Part shown: one piece after another, positions 25,309-32,000 of the stretch
How positions within the stretch are numbered: the stretch's first letter is position 1
Layout of the letters: each line of letters begins with the position of its first letter
Assembly: GCF_018336915.1 (NCBI RefSeq)
Contig: NZ_CP064925.1
Location: 1 to 32,000, forward strand
Length of the DNA: 32,000 nt
Source: Acaryochloris marina S15
GTDB lineage: Bacteria; Cyanobacteriota; Cyanobacteriia; Thermosynechococcales; Thermosynechococcaceae
Direction of reading: 5' to 3'
The notes under the pieces: model-generated
What the model saw: only the letters and a program-made list of their open reading frames with translations
What the model was told of the DNA's origin: nothing
Databases searched by the model: none
Translations under genes and position numbers: made by a program

Positions 25309-25498
25309 GTGTACTTAATCAAGCTTGCACCTCGCTAAGTACACATCTGCATACAGCGGATCGCAGGTTGGTAGGGGACATATTCAATCCTGGAGCATTT
25401 ACTGATCAAGCTTTTTAAGAGTTGTGGCTGTCCCCTATCTATATGAAAACCGCTGTAGGTGATTTTGTCTGGCGCACTCCCCCAAGTGCGCCTTTGTT
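25309..25498 (+). ncRNA. Candidate structured RNA (sRNA or cis-regulatory leader), class unknown
   Basis: A 9-bp hairpin (25309-17 / 25336-44). Nested long-range helices: acagcgg 25353-59 with ccgctgt 25450-56, and taggggaca 25372-80 with tgtccccta 25429-37. A terminator hairpin follows. No ORF. Confidence 0.35.
25471..25498 (+). terminator. Intrinsic-terminator-like hairpin
   Basis: ggcgcact (25471-78), loop ccccca, agtgcgcc (25485-92), followed by TTTGTT. The opposite strand has no U-tract. Confidence 0.55.
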
Positions 25499-25602
25499 GG
25501 GGCTAAAAATGTTTTTTGCAATGCTACTGGGAGAATTCGGATTGGTTCAAGCCTTAAGTTGCCAGGGTAACACCTTGATGCAAAACTAAAGTCCTAAGAT
25601 CA

Positions 25603-26334
25603 TTGTCTAATAGTAGTTTTCAGCTTCCTCCATTTAGTAAAAAGTGTTGCCCTGCTTTGAACTGTACATTTAGAAGTATCAAAACTATTACTAAAAGTGG
25701 CTGGTCAGTTATCTTACTGATGCCTTTAATAGTTGGCTGTCAAACTGGTGTGCCAATTTCCCCTATCTCGATCCCCGATATCCAGACAGATTCATCAGTC
25801 ACTGTAGATTCAAAATCAGGCATCAAGTTCAGGCAATATAACGGTCAAGAACGATTTACTCTTAAATCTCAACCCGATGGTGCCAAATTGGTAGATGCTT
25901 CAGGCCAAGTGATCCTGCGATTAAAGAAAGATTCTGCTCAAAAAATAAAAATTAAAGATCACCAGGAACAGGTGCGGGGCTATGTCGTACCTGTGGATGA
26001 TACCTGGAAGCTGAAATCACCAGATCAGAGCCAAAATCTGTTTATCTTGCATCGTCAAAAAGATGGGGGCTATCAACTCAAAACGGGGGGTAATCAGTTG
26101 GTATATCGCTTAAAGATTCAGGATTATGGCTATGAAGTAGAGATGGCTAGTAAACAATCTTTATACACGATTAAAACTAAGAGAGGTAAAACACTTCTCA
26201 AAGACTCAAACGATGAAATTCTCTTATATACCAAGCCACCGATTTCTCCAATAGTGATGGCAAGTTTCGGTTTGGACGCATTAACGGAAGCTCAACAAAC
26301 GGCCCTTGCCTATGCCTTAAGTGAGGAATTATAA
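25603..26334 (+). CDS. Putative lipoprotein, function unknown
   Basis: The ORF contains the lipobox LIVGC (WSVILLMPLIVGCQ). The start is uncertain: the track uses TTG 25603, while an in-frame TTG at 25657 would give a 27-residue signal peptide. The mature part is rich in beta-like repeats (YQLKTGGNQLVYRLKIQDYGYEVEM). Confidence 0.7.
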   Translation: MSNSSFQLPPFSKKCCPALNCTFRSIKTITKSGWSVILLMPLIVGCQTGVPISPISIPDIQTDSSVTVDSKSGIKFRQYNGQERFTLKSQPDGAKLVDASGQVILRLKKDSAQKIKIKDHQEQVRGYVVPVDDTWKLKSPDQSQNLFILHRQKDGGYQLKTGGNQLVYRLKIQDYGYEVEMASKQSLYTIKTKRGKTLLKDSNDEILLYTKPPISPIVMASFGLDALTEAQQTALAYALSEEL

Positions 26335-26459
26335 GATACCTATTCAACTGAATTGAAAGGATCATGTCGCATAATAGTGGTTCTGAATTGTAATACCTCT
26401 GAATTCCATCAAGAACCATCCTGCTGATCCAAAGATTTAATTGATGAAAGGCATTTGTT

Positions 26460-26723
26460 CTATTGCATCACCTTTAACTCCCCCGCAGCCTCCACCTTCG
26501 CCTGTTTCTTAGACAAACCCTCACCAACTCCCTCCAGTCCCATCGCCCGCACTGCACATCGAAATCCTTCCGGTATCACCTCAAACTCATATCTAGGCAT
26601 AGAGATTTGCTGACGCTGACATAACTCCTGCAATGCCCCAATCGGATTCTCCACCATACCACCAGCCAAGCTCACGGGTTCCTCTTGGTCTGGGTACAAG
26701 ACCCTCACCTGTTGCTCAGCCAT
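26460..26723 (-). CDS. Small standalone double-stranded-RNA-binding-domain (dsRBD) protein
   Basis: 87 aa. NPIGALQELCQRQQISMPRYEF...FRCAVRAMGLEGVGEGLSKKQAKVEAAGELK follows the dsRBD pattern of the RNase III C-terminus (alpha1 with LQE, P.Y, a beta region, G.G.SKK.A...AA). Confidence 0.65.
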   Translation of the reverse strand: MAEQQVRVLYPDQEEPVSLAGGMVENPIGALQELCQRQQISMPRYEFEVIPEGFRCAVRAMGLEGVGEGLSKKQAKVEAAGELKVMQ

Positions 26724-26865
26724 ACGAATAGCTCGGCTCCTGGCGCGATCTAGGAGTTTGATCAGGGCGTCTTCAGGGTCATCGTTGGGATATGTGTAGG
26801 CGAGGAATCCAAGGTGATCCTGGGTTAGGCAGATGGACAGACTGAGGGTTAGCTGGGGGTAGGCA

Positions 26866-27090
26866 TTAACAAGCAGTTGGCAAATCTTTCTTAAACAGAC
26901 TATCTAAGTAAATACGAGCTGTTCTGCGGTCTGATTGCCCGTACTGCATCAGGAATAGCGATAGTGCTGCTGAGAAAACCCGATCTTGATCCCAGTCAGG
27001 ATGGGTGTCTAGATAACCTTTCAAGGCATCATGAAGCTCTTCAGGGATATCGGCCAGAATACTTATTGTTGTGGACATAAATTCGGTCAT
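26866..27090 (-). CDS. Small conserved cyanobacterial protein (DUF2811-like)
   Basis: MTEFMSTTISILADIPEELHDALKGYLDTHPDWDQDRVFSAALSLFLMQ...ARIYLDSLF matches my recollection of the DUF2811 family. The internal ATG (27090 or 27078) is preferred over the track start at 27174. Confidence 0.65.
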   Translation of the reverse strand: MTEFMSTTISILADIPEELHDALKGYLDTHPDWDQDRVFSAALSLFLMQYGQSDRRTARIYLDSLFKKDLPTAC

Positions 27091-27352
27091 CCTTGAACAA
27101 CAGTGAGGTCGGTAGTGATGGTCTAAAAACCAAAAAATTAAGCACGCAAATAGATGCCCTCTTTTATCAAACAAGTCAGTGTCGAAGAACGTTCTTCGGC
27201 CCTATAGCTTGCTCAATATTGAGCGCACGCACTTAAGCCTGGGAACACCATCTTGCGATCAACATGCGTGAATGTCAAATCCATTTTGAGGAAATTGAAT
27301 TGAACTCTAACCTATACACACTAATGGATTAGACTGAATCAAACTTATATGA

Positions 27353-27458
27353 TTTTCCACAGAAAAAGCCAAAAACCTTATCCTGTCGTTGGAACTTGTG
27401 GAAAACAGCCTGTAGGCTGTGGAGAACTTTAGATATATTGTGGCTAACCTGTGGAGAA
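27353..27458. promoter_or_regulatory. Cluster of five DnaA-box-like 9-mers (cyanobacterial consensus TTTTCCACA)
   Basis: TTTTCCACA at 27353-61 (perfect, + strand). TGTGGAAAA at 27397-405 (perfect, - strand). TGTGGAGAA at 27418-26 and 27450-58 (1 mismatch each). TGTGGCTAA at 27439-47 (2 mismatches). The four same-orientation boxes start 21, 21 and 11 bp apart. Confidence 0.5.
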
Positions 27459-27711
27459 CTCACAATGATTTTCTCAATAAAGCAATCTAATTGAGTTACT
27501 CACAAATAGTCATTCATCATAAACCAGAGTCTCTGTAAAGATTTCTGCTTCAACCAACATCTAATATGGGGATCGGTTAGCATATTCACTGAGATAATTA
27601 GTATCGGGTTCCCGTTAGTTTTCAGAATTGCTTGATTTTTTCCAGTTCAATTTTCAAGGCCACGCACCGAAATCTATATCTCTACACATTATTGATTTTG
27701 GAAATTAATTC

Positions 27712-27984
27712 ATGTCAATTTACGTTGGTAACCTCTCTTATGATGTTACAGAGCAAGACCTAAATACCGCTTTTGCTGAATATGGAACCGTAAAAAGTGC
27801 CCAGCTTCCCACTGACCGTGAAACAGGGCGTAAGCGTGGATTTGGTTTTGTCGAAATGGGTGATGAAGCTGAAGAAGCCAAAGCTATTGAAGAACTTGAC
27901 GGTGCTGAATGGATGGGACGTACTCTCAAAGTGAATAAGGCAAAGCCCCGTGAAAATAGAGGTGGTGGTGGTAACCGCTGGTAG
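27712..27984 (+). CDS. RRM-type RNA-binding protein (Rbp, glycine-rich tail), paralog of 13136..13408
   Basis: 90 aa with RNP2 IYVGNL and RNP1 RGFGFVEM. It has 4 amino-acid differences from the other copy despite many synonymous nucleotide changes. Confidence 0.93.
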   Translation: MSIYVGNLSYDVTEQDLNTAFAEYGTVKSAQLPTDRETGRKRGFGFVEMGDEAEEAKAIEELDGAEWMGRTLKVNKAKPRENRGGGGNRW

Positions 27985-28005
27985 AGCCAATTTGAATTAA
28001 TGGAA

Positions 28006-28058
28006 TCTGATCTCATAGCTCAATCGCTTTAGGGCTATGAGATTACCTGATCAGATTT
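28006..28058. terminator. Hairpin between convergent genes (rbp and 28035..28871)
   Basis: tctgatc/gatcaga (28006-12 / 28049-55) and tcatagc/gctatga (28013-19 / 28034-40) helices, followed by TTT on the + strand. It overlaps the stop codon of the minus-strand gene. Confidence 0.4.
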
Positions 28059-28871
28059 CTCCGCTTCACTCATAACAGCCTCCACACCCACCACCGTGAC
28101 CGTGACTCCTTTTCGCTGACACTCAAAACGATAGAGTTTTCTATCCTCCAACTTCTCCAAGCACTCCTCACTGATCAGAGGTGAGTGCTGAAGAATCCTC
28201 CTATTGTTATCCAGCTTCTGATCACGCTGGACCAACACTCTTTGCTTGTGTGCATTCCACACTCCGATCAACACCCAAGCTTCAGGCTTCTCAGGGGTTA
28301 CCTCAATCGCCCCTGCGAATTGTGTGAAGAATATTTGACCATCAATAATCTGGGGATAGCATTTGACCATCAAGGGTCTATGCAAGGCGGCTTTAGTAAA
28401 TTTTGCGAATCGATGCTTTACTCTCAAGGGAATCTGATGACCGTCAAGCTCTAGAAAGTAATTGGGTCGTTCCTTCTCCCCCTCAACCTCCTGAACCCGG
28501 ATGATTCCCGGAAGTCGGCACCAGGCCCGATGGGTGCCATTGCCAGAGAGCAGAGGCTGTCTCTTATTTCGCTGCTTTCGCTGCTTAGATTTTGCCTGGG
28601 GAGTTTTTGTCGCCTGCTGTTGCTGGGGTGTTGCTTTGGGTTTTCCCTTGGCCTGATCCTGGTCTATGGATTGACGTTTGGTACTAGCCTGAGAGGCTTT
28701 TGGTATTTCTTTTGATGGTGCTTTGGCAGAACCTGTTGTGAGTTGTTCTATCTGTAGCTGAGATTCGAGTTTCGCAATCGTTCGTTTTAGGAGAAGGGCA
28801 GCAGTTTCGTTGTTGCACTGCTCAAGCTGAACTTTGAGTTGGTTGAGCTTGTCGATAGTTGCAGAGGGCAT
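28035..28871 (-). CDS. Hypothetical protein: N-terminal coiled coil, K/Q-rich linker, unrecognised C-terminal domain
   Basis: ORF 28035..28883 (GTG); the ATG at 28871 (MPSATIDKLNQLKVQLEQ...) is the more likely start. The linker reads KGKPKATPQQQQATKTPQAKSKQRKQRNKRQ. No family was recognised. Confidence 0.7.
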   Translation of the reverse strand: MPSATIDKLNQLKVQLEQCNNETAALLLKRTIAKLESQLQIEQLTTGSAKAPSKEIPKASQASTKRQSIDQDQAKGKPKATPQQQQATKTPQAKSKQRKQRNKRQPLLSGNGTHRAWCRLPGIIRVQEVEGEKERPNYFLELDGHQIPLRVKHRFAKFTKAALHRPLMVKCYPQIIDGQIFFTQFAGAIEVTPEKPEAWVLIGVWNAHKQRVLVQRDQKLDNNRRILQHSPLISEECLEKLEDRKLYRFECQRKGVTVTVVGVEAVMSEAEKSDQVIS

Positions 28872-29000
28872 AGGAAACCTCACTAGGGACAGACTTGCAG
28901 CTATTCTAATGTAGAGAAGTGAGATTTGGGGATTTTGCCGTAATGCTGGCTAGACAAAACTAACCTATAGCGTTCTCTGTTTTACTAGAACTACACCGAG

Positions 29001-29933
29001 ATGAAAGAACCTATGGCCGCTGACAACAAATACTCCGAAGTACTCCTTGAGTTAAAAACCCACTACCAGGAGACACTGGCTGAACTTGAAGCCCAAACGA
29101 ATCAACTCAAGACTAAACTCACGTCTCTAGATACGTTGATTGAAGATCCTTTATTGGGCACAGACATCCTTTCATTTCTTCAAGGAGAAGCAGACTTACT
29201 ACCCCCAGCAGAACCAGCCCCAGACTCCAAAGCTGCTGACACAGTAGAACCCAAAGCCAAGTCTAAGAAAACTGCTCCAAAAGCTGCTTCAAAGAAGAAG
29301 TCTTCAACTCCCCAAAAATCAGCTTCTACTGCAAAGACAAGCGGAACAGTAGAAACTAAAGCCGAAGCTACCCCAAAGAAAGCTGCTCAGAAAGCGTCAC
29401 CCTCATCTGGGAAGAGAAAATCTCCAACATCCAAAAAATCAGCCTCAGCTCCAAAAAATGCAAATAAGGTAGAGCCTAAAGCTGAAGCTACTTCCAAGAA
29501 AGCCGCCCCAAAAGCTTCGTCCACATCCTCAAAGAAAAAATCTGCAACTCCTAAGAAAGCTATATCTCAAACTGCCGCAAAGAAAGAGAAAAGTCAGAAG
29601 AAAACAAGCAGCACTTCATCAAGCAGTCTGACAATGAACAAGCCGTATGATCAGATGAACAAAATTGATGCAATCTCACAGATCATGCAGGAGAACCCTG
29701 GGAAAGTCATGCACAACGATGATCTGATCTTTATTATATTTGGTGAACTGAGTGGAGACGAACTCAAAGCTGAGCGCAATCGGATGTACAAAACCATGTA
29801 TGACGGAACAAAGCAGAACCGATGGATTAAATCCCCTAATGTACCAATGAGTTATATCTTTGAAGAAAATTCACAGGTTAAACCCAAGGAATCTAAAAAG
29901 ACTAAAACCCGGAAATCTCCTAAGAAGTCCTGA
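29001..29933 (+). CDS. Coiled-coil / lysine-alanine-proline-serine repeat (histone H1-like) protein with a small C-terminal globular domain (intact copy)
   Basis: 310 aa. The N-terminal heptad-like region is YSEVLLELKTHYQETLAELEAQTNQLKTKLTSLDTL. Three tandem 35-40-aa units begin VE(P/T)KA at nt 29244, 29349 and 29469. The C-terminus is KIDAISQIMQENPGKVMHNDDLIFIIFG...NRWIKSPNVPMSYIF. Confidence 0.8.
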   Translation: MKEPMAADNKYSEVLLELKTHYQETLAELEAQTNQLKTKLTSLDTLIEDPLLGTDILSFLQGEADLLPPAEPAPDSKAADTVEPKAKSKKTAPKAASKKKSSTPQKSASTAKTSGTVETKAEATPKKAAQKASPSSGKRKSPTSKKSASAPKNANKVEPKAEATSKKAAPKASSTSSKKKSATPKKAISQTAAKKEKSQKKTSSTSSSSLTMNKPYDQMNKIDAISQIMQENPGKVMHNDDLIFIIFGELSGDELKAERNRMYKTMYDGTKQNRWIKSPNVPMSYIFEENSQVKPKESKKTKTRKSPKKS

Positions 29934-30402
29934 TGTTGAAACGCAGTTCCACTCAATAAAAAATCAACGAGATTCATATTGCTCAAGAATATGAGGGGGT
30001 AATGGGTTGCCCTCCACGGTGATCTTTGTTGATTGATGCAGCTTCTCTATCTCTGGTGGCAAGCTACTCAGTTGATTGCCCCGGAGGTCTAGCGTTTGTA
30101 GCTTGGTAAGCTGTCCAATTCCTGATGGCAAGCTACTCAGTTGGTTGCTCGATAGGTTTAGCGATTGCAGATTGGTAAGCCATAGGATCTCTGGTGGCAA
30201 GCTACTTAGTCGGTTACTCGACAGGTTTAGCTTTTGTAGCTTGGTAAGCTGTATGATTCCTGTTGGTATTTGGGTAAGTGACAGCTCGCTCAAATCTAGC
30301 TCAGATGCCTTTGTCTCTTTTGCCACTTGAATTCGACGCTGGACCTCAAAATAGCGTTGAACTTCTTTGGGTAATTGTGATTGCGCTAGATGTGTAGAAT
30401 CC
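29238..30402. repeat. 1165-bp near-identical duplication, copy 2 (partner at 21397..22561)
   Basis: See copy 1. Identity ends exactly at 30402, where the IS4-family element begins. Confidence 0.85.
29964..30402 (-). pseudogene. LRR protein gene truncated at its 5' end by an IS insertion
   Basis: Identical to 22123..22561 apart from one SNP (Q to R). It lacks the first 116 nt, which encode the signal/anchor segment. The sequence beyond 30402 is unrelated IS DNA. Confidence 0.8.
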
Positions 30403-31780
30403 CAATACAGTCCGGATAGCTTCTAAGCCGTGTTGGGTATAGCAAAAGCTAATCTCTCTAAATTGCTTCCACTGCCCCTATGTGCTGGTTTCCTTGAGGG
30501 GAACTTCGACCTTGGTTTTTTGACGACCCTGGGGTTACTTCTTCCCTGTCGAGGCGGGATGGTCTGGTCTAGGATCTCATGAGCTAACCAACTGAGAAAA
30601 AAGGGAGTTCTTTAGGTGGTGTGGCTTGAAAAGTAGGAACTGCTCTGCGTAGAACTTTGAGGGTTCCAGTGAAGCCTATATTCAAAGGAGAAATCTCACC
30701 GTGTTCCGCCGCTTGGAACATCAAGCAACGGACAGCCCAATGTGCCAATAACCACCCATATACTTCTTGAACCACTTCCCGAGGATTCTTGGAGCGAATA
30801 GGGGTTTTACGACCATTGAGGTGCGTTTTGAATTCATCGAGTGTATTTTCTACTTCCCATCTTTGGTGATATTCTTGCGCCAATAATAGAGCTGGGAATT
30901 GTTCAATATCTAGCAAGTCAGTCATCAATCGGTAAACCTACGGTTCGTCCTCATCATCAATGATGTACTCAATGATTCGAACCTGAATCCGTTGTCCTCC
31001 TTTCTTCTTAGATTTGCGGTCTGGAGCAATCCAACTCAAATAAGACCCATCTGCACATTCTTCTACCCGTTCAAATTTCACATTGGCCGGCACTCGTCCG
31101 AGCAGGTGACACTTCTGTTTGAGAGTCGCGTTGACCATCTTGTAGGAATGAAGTCCTCGATCCCACATCAGGAGCATCCCTTCGCTGACAGAGCGTAACA
31201 GTTTAATGGCGCGAACTCGCTCCCCGATCCGATAGGGACACATCAGGGCATCTGTGATCAAATGAGTACCCGATTCAACCAAGATGACTAATCGAGCTTT
31301 GGGAAAAGCTGCACGAGTCCCTGCACGAGAGCCAGGATATCCAAACACTCTGGCATTGGCGTCAGTATCAGGGACATCAAAGACTGTCCCATCGACACTC
31401 ATCACTCTCAAACCACCCAGGAATGCACCAGAGGTTTGTGCTGTTCCTAAAGGACGAGCTATCAAAGCAAACAATTGACTTATCACCCGAGGCCCCACCC
31501 GTTGACGCGCTTCACTAATTGACGATTTGCTGGGTACTCGCCATCGTTGAGCTAGCCGAATCCATTGCTCACTCAAGCCAGAGACTAAGTTCTTGAGTAC
31601 ATCAACGATGGAGTCATGAGACCAAAAATGCATTGCAATGACCAAAGCCACAACGACATGTGTAGGTAAGCGTCGATTCCGTTGCTCTCGGCTACCTGTG
31701 GAGTCAATCGCTTCGGTAATCTTGTCTGTGGGAATAGCTGTCTCAATTGCCTGGAATAGTTCTCCTGGCTTTATATAGCA
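30403..31780 (-). mobile_element. IS4-family insertion sequence, partial (its transposase-proximal end is interrupted near 31765-31785)
   Basis: It starts exactly where homology with the intact LRR copy breaks. It contains an IS4-type transposase reading frame. The other end was not found before the IS630-type sequence begins. Confidence 0.7.
30584..31780 (-). pseudogene. IS4-family DDE transposase with an in-frame TAG and a missing N-terminus
   Basis: ORFs 30938..31651 and 30584..30928 share one frame, separated by TAG at 30938-40 (...IDDEDEP*VYRLMTDLLD...). DDE blocks: MSVDGTVFDVPD, LLMWDRGLHSY. The Y-2-R-3-E-6-K motif is YHQRWEVENTLDEFK. The N-terminal domain (AIPTDKITEAIDSTGSREQRNRRLP) lacks its first roughly 20 residues and any start codon. 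Confidence 0.8.
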
Positions 31781-32000
31781 CTACGGGAATATGTTAGTAC
31801 ACTCCTTAAAGGCAGCATCTACACAATCACGAAAAGTGTCAAACTCATCCCATCGCTGCTTCATCCAGTTTTTGAGTACAAACCACCATCGCTCAATTTT
31901 GTTGAGATCAGGAGAATAGCTCGGTAGATACCAAATCTCACACCCTGCTTCAGCTACGATTTCTTCGATACTTTGTCCATGGTGAAAACTGGCATTATCA
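31781..32000 (-). CDS. IS630-family transposase, C-terminal part (rest lies outside the window)
   Basis: Hand translation: DNASFHHGQSIEEIVAEAGCEIWYLPSYSPDLNKIERWWFVLKNWMKQRW...NIFP*. It contains the IS630/Tc1 signatures DNxxxH and YSPDLNxIE. Confidence 0.85.
   Translation of the reverse strand, partial: DNASFHHGQSIEEIVAEAGCEIWYLPSYSPDLNKIERWWFVLKNWMKQRWDEFDTFRDCVDAAFKECTNIFP

Noticed and set aside
26866-26895. Possible +1 frameshift fusing the DUF2811-like ORF to the upstream-open frame of the dsRBD gene. The frames overlap by about 30 nt.
   Set aside because: The DUF2811-like protein already ends where I recall family members ending (…YLDSLF plus a few residues). There is no slippery motif. 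A 57-codon open stretch can occur by chance.
26866-27174. The 102-aa version of the DUF2811-like ORF, starting at 27174.
   Set aside because: The first 28 residues (MFDKRGHLFACLIFWFLDHHYRPHCCSR) look like translated non-coding sequence. The conserved part begins after the internal ATGs at 27090 and 27078.
30955-30985. tRNA T-arm-like string (gattcgaacctgaatcc).
   Set aside because: It lies inside the IS4 transposase frame and lacks any acceptor, D or anticodon arm context. No tRNA or rRNA genes were found in the window.

Overview
The window reads as a cyanobacterial-type accessory region that is AT-rich between genes and carries several IS elements. Coding content, in order:

- **1-11.3 kb, signalling island.** It holds the C-terminal part of an EAL protein and a REC-GGDEF gene broken by three 1-nt indels. 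These are followed by an FHA-PAS-histidine kinase and a pentapeptide-repeat protein. The operon-like pair that follows is a hybrid kinase and a REC-GGDEF (GGDQF) regulator. The kinase's N-terminus matches the plant ETR1 ethylene-binding domain (architecture EBD-GAF-HK-REC). The island ends in a PAS gene truncated next to a DDE transposase.
- **13-17 kb.** Two RRM RNA-binding protein genes and a ClpC paralog.
- **17.1-19.4 kb.** A gene-poor AT-rich stretch with about 104-bp hairpin or MITE-like repeats and micro-ORFs.
- **19.4-20.8 kb.** A secreted DUF3370-like protein.
- **21-30.4 kb.** A duplicated two-gene module: a coiled-coil / lysine-rich repeat protein and a convergent LRR protein. Each copy has lost a different gene. 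Between the copies lie DUF1801, Coq4-like, lipoprotein, dsRBD, DUF2811-like and a third RRM gene.
- **30.4-32 kb.** An IS4-family element inserted in the second LRR copy. It carries an in-frame stop and is itself interrupted by an IS630-family element.

The most interesting non-obvious signals are:

- a phased cluster of five cyanobacterial DnaA-box-like 9-mers (two perfect TTTTCCACA) at 27.35-27.46 kb;
- a promoter-to-terminator structured RNA candidate of about 190 nt at 25.3-25.5 kb;
- the ETR1-like receptor translationally coupled to a degenerate GGDEF output;
- the reciprocal decay of the duplicated module;
- a standalone dsRBD mini-protein;
- two small repeat families with hairpin potential.

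No rRNA, tRNA or CRISPR array was seen. All family assignments come from motif recognition by eye and need profile searches.
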